Assembly (NCBI GenBank): GCA_044892505.1 | Contig: CM097882.1 | Coordinates: 76,136,001-76,200,000, forward strand | DNA from: Schmidtea nova | Lineage: Eukaryota | DNA: 64,000 nucleotides | Direction: 5' to 3' | In this document: positions 34,416-47,494 of the stretch, piece by piece | How positions within the stretch are numbered: the stretch's first letter is position 1 | Layout: each line of letters begins with the position of its first letter | The notes under the pieces: generated by a model | Told to the model about the DNA's origin: nothing | Databases searched by the model: none | Seen by the model: the letters and a program-made list of their open reading frames with translations, nothing else | Translations under genes and position numbers: made by a program

Positions 34416-35899
34416 AAAATGAAATCAAAAAATGAAATTAGCTAATGATGCTACTCATTTATTGATCATTTAATTGATCATTTAATTTTTTAAAAAAATT
34501 GTTTTTTCAATTAATATATCTTTCAAAAAAACTGGATTTTTCGAGAAATCTTTTCGAAAATCTCTTCGAATTTACTAAGTTTTATGTACACAAAAAATAT
34601 TTTTCTTGTAATATAACGTGTTTTTTGAATAAATTACACATATTTTATACCTCTTTTCCATTACTTTATAACAATAAAATAATTTCGCGATATTTGCAAA
34701 TGTTTATATTTATAATTATCAGTAGTAAATTTAATAAACGCGGACGGTAGGACGAATTTTATATACATGATAATAAAAAAATTTTAAAAGATTTTCGAAG
34801 AAAATAGTTTAAATTATTTTTATTTTTATTTAAATTATTATTATTTTTTTATTACTACTACTACTACTACTACTATTACTATAATAAATGATAATAACTA
34901 AAATCCACTGTCTGCCAGTCTTTCTGTGTCCATCGCCACCAAAATCTTATTGTTAGGTACAGAATGAATAGTCGAATCATTCAAAAACGATGAACGACTA
35001 TAGAATAAAAAAATACACTAAATGTATATGTGGACAGCAATCTGGATCAAACAAAAGTTCGAACGACAAATAATTTTTGACAATATAATTATGATAATTA
35101 ATCAGATTGCAATTTGTGATCTTGCAAACATTGGTAGACATGTTTTTTATTTTATGGAAATGAAGACAATTAATGATAAAATTTTATGTAATTTTGAAAG
35201 AATATTTTATTTTGAAAATATTTTATGTAAATTAGTTTATTAAACTTTGAAAAATAGTTTATATTTTGATTTAAATTTTAATTCAATAAAATAAATAGAT
35301 AATACTCATTGTATAAATAAATTAAAAGAAATAAATTACTGTTTGTTTAAATAAATTATATTTATGATCTACAAAGGTCAGCAAAATGAAATAATTCCAA
35401 GGTTATAAAACAAATCTGTTTTGAAAACAATTTCAATCAACTTAAGTAGAAAAAAACAATCATCATTGGCAAATTAAGGGTCTTTTAATATTAGTATATA
35501 AATTGACTGATTTTCAATGAAATCACCACTAAAATCTTGTAATCTAAGAAGAGTTACAAATTTGGGTAACGACATTTTTAATATAAAATGGAACATACAA
35601 AATTTATACATCCTTGTTCAGGAAACAACATACATTTACATAACACGAATAAACAAATAGAGTAAAAGGTTACATTTTTATTAAAAGGAAATTTTTATCA
35701 AATTGTAAAATATTGTAATAGAAAAATAAAGCTTTGTAAACAGAATTTGTTTTATTTATAAACGAACCATCAAGTTGATATTCTCGGAACCTCAAAATTA
35801 TGTTATATAAATTCAAAAAAGATTCGACAGTCATTTGATTAGTCGATGACGTGATAATTAACCTTTAACCACTTTTTGCGATAGGTCAATAACGTCATA

Positions 35900-35955
35900 C
35901 TTAATCTTCGTCCTATGGCGTCTTATTGATGACATATTTGTCCTGTTACATTAAA
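35900..35955 (+). pseudogene. Possible eroded Penelope-type RT remnant
   Basis: One frame reads VLWRLIDDIFVLL (35910-35948), similar to the PLE RT motif WxRYxDDIF; flanks do not extend convincingly. Confidence 0.3.
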
Positions 35956-38900
35956 ATTAACATATTACATATGGTGGGTTGTTGATCGTCAATATGACCT
36001 TGACGTTGCTATGGCTCGCATCAACAACTCAACACATAAAACATTGAAATTACCATCTTGTTACCCGTCACTATGTAACGTTGGTACTGTAACAAGTGGG
36101 TGGGTATTCGCAATCAGTGAGCGTCGTCAATACGAAACTATGATTGACCGAATATCTCCTGGGTCCAAGGGCTACCGATAGAAGGTTTATTGCCCGTTTT
36201 GTCCCTTCTTCGACGATTTATCTATAAGCTTTCAATAAAAATTTTTATCGGAAATTCAACATAAACACTCTACATAACTATAAATTCATTATTGCATCCA
36301 AATAAATTATTTCGAGCATCAAAAACACTAATATAACCCTATTTTTACCAATATTGCATTTTATGATAATTAATACATAAAATATTATATTTTTATAGAA
36401 AATTTTTAATCTACATTTGAAATTTAAGAAAAATTTTAATTATTACCGTAATTTAATCCAGTTTAGAAATAATAAAAATAAAATTTCCGTTTGTTTAAAA
36501 TTGCTAATTTAATCAAAAGGACAAATTTACTCAATTTAAAATTTATATTAATTTTAAATGTAATTTCCTGAAATTTTTCAATAAATTGATAAATTAACGA
36601 TTACTAAAGTTCAGATCAACAAGAAATGGACCTCTCCAGAAACTACGAAACCAGAGGAAAATTCTCCCGCCCCAATCGGGTCAATCCGATTAGAACTCGA
36701 GCTTCTATGAAGCAAAATAGCCCGCTCTACCAACCAAGTAAAATTTTGATTATTTCAGAATTAGAATTTATTTTGATCAATTTTAGAAAATTTCTTGAAG
36801 AGAATATGTTAGAACTGGCCCTTCAAGTACTACAAACCAAAAAAAAAATCCTTGCCGGGGACTCTTATCCCTCAAACTGAATTTTTATCAATAAATCTTT
36901 AGAAAAAAAATTTTTTCGTTTTTACTCTTTTTCGTTTGAGTTTTTATTATTTTTATTAAAAATAAACTGTAAAGTAAATGGCCTATTTGGCTGGGTATAT
37001 AAAATTTTATATGGTAGGTTTGAATGATAGAAATTTTTGTATGGTTTTTCTGGATGTATATTGCCGACTAACATGACTGTGTAGAATTTTCAGTATTGTT
37101 TGCTTGTGTGTATATAACTATTGAATGCTAATAAATGATACGGTGTATGTGTGTATATTGTATTTTAAGTATACGTTACTTGTGTATTAGTATGGGAAAT
37201 GTTATCGAATGAAATGGATGTAATTTTTTGCAATTAGGGATGCATTATGATTTTTGAGATATCGTGGGGGTATTAATAATATATATATATAAATTATATA
37301 AAATAATTTTAAAATTAAAATAATAATAATAATTTTTATATTAAAATAATAATAATAATTTTCATAATAATTTTTATAAATTTTAGATTTATAATTTTAC
37401 GAAAATAATACAATAATAAAATTTCCAATTTTTATATTATAAATTTTTACAATACTTTTTATAAATTTTAAATTTATAATTTTATAAAAATATAATAATA
37501 AAATTTCTAATTTTTACAATACACATTTTCCTAATACTTTTATAAATTTTAGATTTATAATTTTATGAAAGTAATATAATAATAACATTCCCAATTTTAT
37601 ATTATAAATTTTTATAATGCTTTTTATAATTCTAATAATATAATAATACCATTTCTAATTTTTATAATATGAATTTTTATATTCGAATTTTTATATTTTA
37701 TAAAAAAAAATTTCTATAGAATTTTGAAATTTTGGATTTTTTGAAATGATAAAATGTTCAATATACTAATAATATTTTCGATTTAAAATTTTTATGGGTC
37801 TCAATATAAGTTTTGATTTATAAATTCTTAGGAATTTTATAAAATGACAAAATCTTTTATATCATAACAATATTCGGAGAATTTTTGGTTCACAATTATT
37901 CATTATAAGAATTTCCCAATATAATAAAAAGCAAATTTTTATTTTTTGATCGAAACGAAATTCACATAATAATAAATTTTTCATCCATAAATTTCGAAAT
38001 CTAAATAAGCATTTAATCTAAAAATTTTTATATGCTAAATAAAAATAAAAATGAAGTTAAGTTATAAATTTTTCAACGAAATTTCTTCGACATCGAATAA
38101 AGTTAATTTCGGTTTCCTTGTTATTCCATCGGATTTGAGCATTAATTCGAACGATTTACTTCTTGATATCGGTTTTTAATATTCTGGCTCTTGGATGAGA
38201 AGAAAATTATTGTGAAGGTGAAGGCGAAGGACGAGTAAAATGTTTTTGCATAATTATTTTTCCTAATGGAAAAGACATTGTTGGAGAGATTTGTCTTTAC
38301 GTTTTCATGTGGTATTACTTTTCAATATATTAAAATTTATAAATTCGGATAAGCTACATTTATTATAAATAAATATCATTAATATAACACCTTGCCTTGG
38401 GCCAAGCCACTGTTCCCCAGTTGGGATGAAGTGATCTTGGATGGTTAGGCTATTCACCTGAACTCGGAAAAATGGACTGATCGATTTACGTATCGAACCA
38501 GCGATCCGCTCAGGCTACTTCCACCCGATCGGCGCAAGGCCAGACACAGGCTTCAGAGGGTAAGGAAGTAAAAAAAAAATTATTTAGTTATTTAAGAGTT
38601 TGAGTTACTAAATATTTTGTTGGATTATGGGAATTTGTGATATATAAAATAAGAATAATAATAATAAATAAAATAAAACAAATTTTTAGATATAATCCTA
38701 TATTATCAGTAATAAAAGAATACAATTAATGAATTAAATAACATAAAAATAAATAAGAACTGTGTCGACATGGGAGGTCCAAAGGGCATGACTCTTGGGC
38801 ATCCCATGCCGATAACGCATATACAAAATTAAGATAATAAAAAAAAAATAAACCTTACGCTCCGTGTGGTTTCTTCTCAAAAATTAATAAAGTTTAATAA

Positions 38901-41409
38901 ACAATAATTTTGTAAAATTTTTAGACCGAAAATTTTTCACAAATTCTGCACAAAAATAATTTTGTTTTTTGCCATTTTGATGGCGGTATATATACCGTCG
39001 ATTTTCGTCACCTTCACCAGTGTAATAAAACAAATTGTTCTAGAATTTTCCATTTAATTTTTCTAAATTAATTCTAATGATTTTCCGAAAATTAAATCCA
39101 TATTTTTGTGTAATAATTTTTTATAAAGCACAAATAATTTATTTTAATCCAAAATTTTTATTTTTGAATCGAAATTTGTTCGATTTAATTTAATTTACTA
39201 TATTTCGATTAATATTAATTCTTTTTATGGTTAATGTGAAATATTTTGATAAAATCACGATTTTCGGCTAAAATTTTTGTTAAATTTTTCTGCATGAAGG
39301 TTTTATAACACAATTCCGTTATTTATGGGCATTTTCAATGGGTTTTCCGCCTTATTCCAACTTTTAAACGTTCCTCTTTTGATGGTATTTGATTTTTCTC
39401 GAGGTTTCAATGTAAGAGCTCTCAGACTCACAGCTAGCGCGTTCTCTACTGGTTGATGTGTTGTGAGTTCACTTCACCTTTTGCTGTTTTTCACTTAATC
39501 GTTTCGATTTTTAAGGGATATTTGGGTTAAAACTGAATCTTGCGCGTTCTCTACCTATGGGGTTATCGCTTTATTAAAACAGTTTGTGGTTTTTGCCCAA
39601 CACATAAGAGCCCAAAGATCAATTAATGCGTCACGTTAGGGATTATTATCTGACTCGGACACATCCTACTACTTATTGGATTAAACAATAATAATTACTT
39701 AAGCTTATAATATGCAATGTCAAATAAATAGTTAAAATTATGTTTAATATCATTTTTATTTTTATTTATGTAAATAAATAAATAATTTACTTTTTTAAGT
39801 GTTTTATTCTCAATTAATTTTCCTCTCTGAATTGTACGGATACAATATTTTTATTTTTTTAAAAATTTAATTTATTAGATGACAAAATTTGACAAATTGT
39901 GATAATTAAAAAAACTTTGCTAAATATGATTTGTGTAAATATATTTTTGATATATGATTTTATTTATTTTGTAAATACTATAAAAATTCAATTTTCATGA
40001 GTTTGCATTATATTAAGCAGCTTTTATTAGACTAGTCACATAAGAATAATTACAAAAAATGATTAAAAAAACAATCAGCGGCAAAAGACCGCTATAAATG
40101 ATAAAATATGTAAAAGTCACTCTCAATTAGTCAAGTGTGACCGCTAAGTATGAGACTATTAAACTTGTTTTAATGCTCATTCCAATATACAAAGTATAAA
40201 AATTATACAAATTTGACATGACAACAAATTCAATTTCATAATAATTTTTGATGTTTCACAATTTAATTTTTTTGTAACAAAAATATAAATACTAAAATTT
40301 ATTTTGACAGACATTCCGCACTAGAACAGCGGCGCGTTATGANNNNNNNNNNNNNNNNNNNNNNNNNNNNNNNNNNNNNNNNNNNNNNNNNNNNNNNNNN
40401 NNNNNNNNNNNNNNNNNNNNNNNNNNNNNNNNNNNNNNNNNNNNNNNNNNNNNNNNNNNNNNNNNNNNNNNNNNNNNNNNNNNNNNNNNNNNNNNNNNNN
40501 NNNNNNATAAACTTCAAGATTTACACCTTGTAAATTATAGTCGAATTGATAATTTTGTGCCTTTCTTCAGAATTATTCCCTTCTGGTGTTATCATACTAA
40601 CAATGTTTCTTTCACTTTCATTTTTTGGTTGATGTATTCACGTAAAAAAATTTAAAAGCTGATTTTTTCCTGATACGATTGCAGCCGATACAGCTTGTCT
40701 GATTTTACAATTTTTTTGCTTCTGGGCACCAAATTCTTGCATTTCGTTCATACTCCGGTTATTAGGCTACACAAAGAATGTATTATTTATTTTAAATAAT
40801 AAAATTTATAAATGTATTTAATAAAATATTTTTTTCCTACAAAAATAAAGCCAGCAACAACAAAATAAACAATAACAAAAAATAAATGAAATCAATAAAA
40901 TATTTCATCAAAAATGTCAAATAACACAATTATCACCCTTTGAACAAATCCAAGAACACAATTAATGTGAATCCAAAATGTTAATGCTCTATATTTTTAT
41001 TATGGTTATTTTTATTGTGGTTATCACCTTTGTTGTTGTTGTTGTTATTGTCATGACCACTGCTATTATCAATGAGGGCGTCCTTGCGGACACAGGAGAC
41101 CCCCCTTTTATTTGTGAGCATTGAGGATATTATTTTAATTTTAATTATGTTGATTATAATTGTTTTAATTTAAAATTTGAATTTGGCTTGCTATAGCAAA
41201 TCGCTATAGTAAGCCAAATTACAAATAACGATTGACAAATAAAAATATCGATCGAAAATAAAAAATTAAAAAATATTAAACGCCAAAAAGGAAATTAAAA
41301 ATTACGAAGACTATTACAAGTATAGAGAATTAAATCGAGAAATAAATTACCGAATACAGCGAATCAAACCAATTCCAAAACCAATTATAAATCAAACTGC
41401 TATAGTAAA

Positions 41410-44400
41410 TGTTGTTTCTATAAAGACAAGAAAATCACGCTTTATTTTAAAAATCTAATACACTCAAATTTCTGCGTATTCAAACAAATCTTTACATTTC
41501 CCGTGATTTTCGTCTTCGTTCTCGTTAAAACTTGTTTCAAAATCATCAAGATATCGAGGTCTTCTGGTCCTGCCTCTACGCTCATCTTGACGCAATGAGT
41601 CGAGTATTGGATTATCAACGCCTGTTAGTCCTTCATCGTTGTTGTTATCCACTGACACTTCGTTGACAGCCGGTCGTATGTCGGAATAGTGGCGCGGTAT
41701 CCCGTTGATTTCGAAGTTCGTCGATGAATTTACCTTCGTTACACTCCCCTCACCCCATGTTGAGGGGCATTTCGCATTGGTGGTTTAACGTAAACTGCAT
41801 CGCCAACTTGAAACGAAGTGTACTGTGTCTTCTCTTCTATATTTCGTGCGCCAACTCCTTTCCACCAATATGAAAACACGGATGAGGATGGAGGCGTTCC
41901 GCATTTGTCATTAGGTGCTAGGTTGTACCAGTATACCATGTCCAATACTCCCTTGTTGGTTCTGGCTGCCATACGTTTAACAGTACAATGGTTCCGTTCT
42001 ATTATACCGTTTCCGGAAGGCCGATAAGCACATCGAAACACACATTTTACACCCCATTTGTAGCACAGTGCTTTCATTTGTGCTGACCTTAATGACGTCG
42101 CATTGTCGATCACCAGTTCATCAGGGGAACCTCGTTCTCTGAAGATCTGTTCAAGGTTCCGTGTAATAGTCTCCGCATCTTCACTTCTGATTTCCCTGCA
42201 CAGAGCGAAACGACTTGGTCCACAATCAATCACAGTCAAATAAAGCTTACTTAGATAGTGTGTAACATCCATAGCCAGTCTCTTCCATGTCTCCTTAACG
42301 CTCAACTCTCCATGCTCCCATTTAACAGGCGCTGGATCGATAGATTGACACTCTACACATTCACCGATTATTATCTTTACATCCTCAAGCGTAACGTCCG
42401 GACAAAGTTGCTTTGCAAAATACAACGTCTTCTTGGCTCCAAAATGATGCTGTCTGTGACTTTTTCGTACCACTTCGCTCATAACAGCAACGGTGCTTAC
42501 AGTTGGTTCATCACACGATTTAACCCAAGTCAGCCATTTGTTACTGACTCTTGTGAGTACATCTGCTTTGTTTTTATCTGTCGGAACAAACTCAACCGAG
42601 ATCATTAAGTCATAACTCTTTCGTAATTCACAGATAATCTGCAGACGTCTTCGTACTAGCATTTCAGCAATTACATGAGTTCGGATTCTAGCAGTATCCG
42701 TTAAAACTGAATCTATCCAACTCCTAACGGTAGCGGAATCTGTTTTTACAACTAAATTGCTTTTTCCCCAGCTGATGGCTAAGTTAATTCCCTTTATCAT
42801 CGCACCCAGCTCTGCAAGGTTTATATGAGCAAAATCGTTTTTCTTCCTCATCCATGATGCATCTTCGACTATTTTACCTGATATTTATAACACCACTCCT
42901 AATGCCAGATTACTTGCATCGCACCAGACAATTGTAGATCCTTCTTTGTTTACGTGCTACTCACCAGACACCGGATCACTTTCTTTCACACGATACATCA
43001 TTTCGTTGACTATTCTTAACGCGATCTTTACAATCGAGTCATCCCACTTACTCCCAGCACTGTTTCATTTTATATAGCTACTCGCTACTCCCAACCATCC
43101 AGCAACTGGATAGTGCCCAACGAGTTGATCGCAGAGTGAAAATAACTCCCTTCTTGGCATGTCTGTAAACGCGCTGTCTGGCAAAATGTTTCCACGGTGC
43201 CACGTACGACCGTTAATACTTGTTTGAAGCTGGAGACCTAGCACTCTTGCATTATCAAACTCTTCCGGTGGCTTTGTAATTAGCCCGTATGTTGCCAAAT
43301 GGCTTATTACTTCATTGACGTTTATTCTTGACTGGTCAACAATAATGTCGTCAATATAACTGTCTGTTGCCTTCCTGATGTCTTCTCTTAAACGTAACAC
43401 CTTTCGCACTATTGTTGACATTATTTTTGGAGCAACATTTAAACCAAAACCTACTCTCGTTAGAAAGTATCCATTCCCTTTGAAACTAACCCTTTGATGC
43501 TCCCATAGGTCTTTTTCAACATGGACCTGAAGATAAGCATTTTTAAGATCAATTAATATAACCTGTTCGCCCATCATTCTCCATCGCCTTAATGATTCGC
43601 CCCATACGTCACTTTGTCCAGTATGACTACTAACATATTTATTTAGTTCGCGAAAATCTATTACCGGGCGAAGTTTTCCTTTGTTTATTTGTTCTACTGC
43701 TAAAAACGAGATTTTTCCATACGCGACGTCTTTCGTTGGAATTAGCCATCCTTCTTGAATCCACCGTTCAACCTCCGTGTCAAACTTGATCTGTAGCCCT
43801 GGATCGATTTTGTAATTCGAATTTCTATTCAATAGTTCAGCTGGTTATGCTTTCCATTTCAACTTCACGGTCCACTTGCCATCACTGAATGCTGCCGAAA
43901 AATCACCATCTTCTATTCGCACATTCTCATTTGACTGATCCAACCTCTCAGCCACGCACGATACATCTGCAATGCCTGGAAAAGATACACCAGTCTTGTC
44001 AATTTTAAGACCACCAAGCATCCCTATTACGTCCATTCCTACAATCATGTCAACATTTAGTGGTAGATTCAACAACGAGACACAATCAACACTCAATAAT
44101 TTACCACCAACAATCAGTTGAACTTTCACATCACGCATACACTTGACTAGTGATCCATGATACTCCCATTCCGTATAAATTGTTTCTTCGCAATTCTGGC
44201 TGACACGACTGATTTGGAACATCCCGAGTCGATCAATGCTTTCGCGGACTCCCCATTGATCATGACAGAAATAAACTGAAGTGCCATTATATTCGTGCTG
44301 GAGTAGACGCTGGCGCATGCGTTACTCCTTTTCCGTTTCCCGACTCTGAATATTTGGTGCACTCCTTTGCAATGTGGCCCTCTTCTTCACACCGCCAACA

Positions 44401-45081
44401 CTTCTTTCCTTGTTTCTTAAAGCAACGTTCTTCTATATGGCCATTCATTCCGCAATATAAACATTTCTTGTGCTTGTCTTGTTTTCCCACAACAGCCGAA
44501 CATAGTTCCATAGTGTCGCAGTTTACTAAAACTCGGGACTGTTTTAAAACATCAACAAGAGACATCTGCTGAATTTTGGCAATGGATCGTAACTGTTGTG
44601 ACGTTGCTGTTGGCTAACCCATAATGAATGCGCTTTTAATTAAAATCTCATTATCTATCTTGGCCAATGATGCTAAGTTTTTGAGATCATTCAAATATAC
44701 ATGGACTGGCTCATTGCACCACTTTCGTTCACGGAATTGGTCATATGCTTGGAACATATCTATGGAATAGACATCGATTAGAGCATGTTCGATCTTCAAT
44801 GCGTTGCCCTTGTCTTCCGCACTAAAATGCTGATATACAGCGAAAGCTGGCCCATCTAGGTATAATGGAATAATTGATTCTAAATCCGCGATTTTCTGAA
44901 TTTTTGCCACTAGCTTCACTTTTTGAATCCACTGTTGAACATCGCCTTCTCCTTTGAAAATTGGGATCATCTTGTCCATTATTGCCGTGATAGCTTGTTG
45001 TTTCTATAAAGACAAGAAAATCACGCTTTATTTTAAAAATCTAATACACTCAATTTTTGCGTATTCAAACAAATCTTTACA
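41410..45081 (-). mobile_element. Ty3/gypsy LTR retrotransposon with very short LTRs (Mag-like), degraded
   Basis: LTRs 41410..41496 (87 nt) and 44996..45081 (86 nt); TSD GTAAA; Gag with two CCHC knuckles; protease ALIDSG; RT IDFRELN/YIDD; RNase H WCDAS/KTDS; integrase HHCC, MDVTH, IDNA, IER; in-frame stops at 43845, 43065 and 42957 plus frameshifts. Confidence 0.95.
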
Positions 45082-47494
45082 GTAAAGAAAAAAGAAACTA
45101 AAGAAATTGTCAAGTCAAAGAAAGAAAATTGATCTAATAACTAGAAATTAGAAATTACAAGCTTAAAGAAAATTCCAGTCAATTTAATTTACGCAGAAGA
45201 TTAATCCAATTCTATATCTTTTTCCTATTTACAATTTCCATCCATATTAAGATACTACAACTGAAGAAGACATTTCGTGCATATTAACAAAGTTTCAATT
45301 ATCGTCTACAGAAAACAGATTGCATATTGTAAAAGAAAAATTCGAGAAATCCTTTCAAACTCAGACCGATCTTTAAGAGTAATCATTACTAAAGTAACTT
45401 TTGTGATTTTGGTTCGATAATTTTCTATAAATACAATTTTTATAAAATAATTTGTTTGTTGTTCGAATTTTTTTAATATTGTTGTAAACACTACATAAGC
45501 AGGCACCCCAATTGTCCCCACAATAAGTTTTGGGAGACTCTTTTGGGCTCTTACAAATTCTTATTAATAAACCATAACAACAAAATAAACATTTCACAAA
45601 ACAATAACGATTTTAAAATTTTAAGGGAAAAAAATATTAATGGCCTCCAAATGATTTGGTGTCTTAAGCATTTGCCTTCGGTATAATACGCTACTGTACT
45701 TGAAAGTACACCAATGTCTGATCACAGACGAAGGAATACGGAACCAATTCATGGATTCCATGTGCCAACTTTTTGTTTATAGTTTTTTTCTAAAAAAATA
45801 TTGATAGCGCACACAAAAAAATAAAATATTACATATTAGTCATTTTAAAAATGTTTAAAAACACATTTCATAGTGGCGTAAGTGATTACTTGATATACTG
45901 ATTTTATGTTCAATTTAAACTTTCTTATTTTTAATTTGGAATGGGGACCAATGATAATTTTCTTTACGGGTCCTCAAAATTTCTATGATTGGTACTGAGT
46001 ACACCATAAAAAAAAATTTCTTTTTAATTTTTTTCAAACATTTTATAAGTTTTAAAATATAAGTAATATGGTCAAAAAATCAAATAAAAGTAAATATTTT
46101 TTTTTCAATTTATGAGTATCTTATTATCGTTAGTTTACTGGAAATATTATTTTGTTGATACCATTTTATTAATTCCTATGCAAAATAAACTGATGCATAA
46201 AATTACTTCTCACATTATGTAAAAAAATATTATGCTGCCCGTTTCGTAAAAAAAAATTCTAAGATTCTTTTTATTTTGATAATTGCTGAAAATCTTAGGG
46301 CCCATGCAACGCAAAGTTTTTGGATTGTTTTAAAGCGTCAGAAATACATACACATGCAAATGGAGCAAGTCTATTAAAATCCAAGATAAGTTATCAAATA
46401 TTTAAAAACCATAACATACGAGGTTCATTAAACATGAATAAGTAAATAAAAGAACGTAACAGGTTGTACTGACATAGTATTGTTTTGCGGGGAAGTATGA
46501 GTGTTTTTATAAAAGTTATTAACAATTTCTAGGGATCATACAACCCATACCGCGACATAAATATTATCTACCTCACCCATGTACCATAGTTACTCCTCGG
46601 CAAGCTATGCTGGTAATGTACACGGTGGCGAGAATCCAGTGAGCAGGTGAGCTACGTTACCGAAACTACTCTTCACTGTATCCTCTCTTTCATGTTTCTA
46701 CTGCCAATAGAAGGTCTTACGTGTCTAGCTACTCTCTATTTCCAGAGGTCCTTTAACTTTATCAACTCTTAACTTTCTATAATCCACGCTCCTTTTGGAA
46801 AAGATCTATACCTATTTATGCCAAAATTATCTTTCACTAGTAAATTGCATTTTTCCCCCGCCACCCTATATAATTTAATGAGAAAATGACTCAGAAGAAC
46901 CGAATTTTCGGCCCAAACATTTCCTAACCATCGGAGACTCATGACTGATGATTGAATAGGGTCTCTATTAAAAACAATTTGATCGGGACAAATCAATTGA
47001 ACAAGGCAAAACAAAACAAATTTATGTTTAAAATAAAATATTTATTATTCACTAAAGATTACACCAAATGCAGTTACAAATAAAGCATAATAGTTACAAC
47101 AAACTTTAAAAGAATACATAAAATAAGATCATACTTGTTACTGATGTACCACACAATCGAAAAGAAAAATTAATGACCGGTACTGGCTGGCAGAATTGTA
47201 AATCGTGAAAAAACGTGTTACTGTGTTCAAAAGTACTCAAGCGTGTCAAAAATTATTCTAGCGCGTAAAAATTATGATTTTTCAGCGTCTATTTATACTA
47301 TTTTTTGTGTGACTCCTACGCATTGTTCATTAAAACAAGAATGTTTAAAATTTAATTCATATATTTATTTTTATATTTAACCTATTTATTTTTCTAAATG
47401 ATTTATTTATTTATTTTCCTTAAATTTAATTTTATAATTTAATTTATTTATTCCTAAATATTAAATTTAGTTATATTAAAATAATGTGTGTATC

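Noticed and set aside
36626-36880. 84-aa ORF
   Set aside because: No recognisable motif; probably a decayed TE fragment
38390-38570. GC-rich island as a tRNA, SRP RNA or SINE
   Set aside because: A- and B-box-like words on the minus strand are too close together, no cloverleaf, and no second copy in the window
11207-43847. In-frame TGA/TAG/TAA codons in several TE ORFs as possible stop-codon reassignment or readthrough
   Set aside because: All three stop types occur, alongside frameshifts and deletions, and most fit single C>T or G>A changes; ordinary decay
46769-47014. Possible Harbinger transposase fragment (VKDNFGI)
   Set aside because: Similarity too short and no DDE motifs
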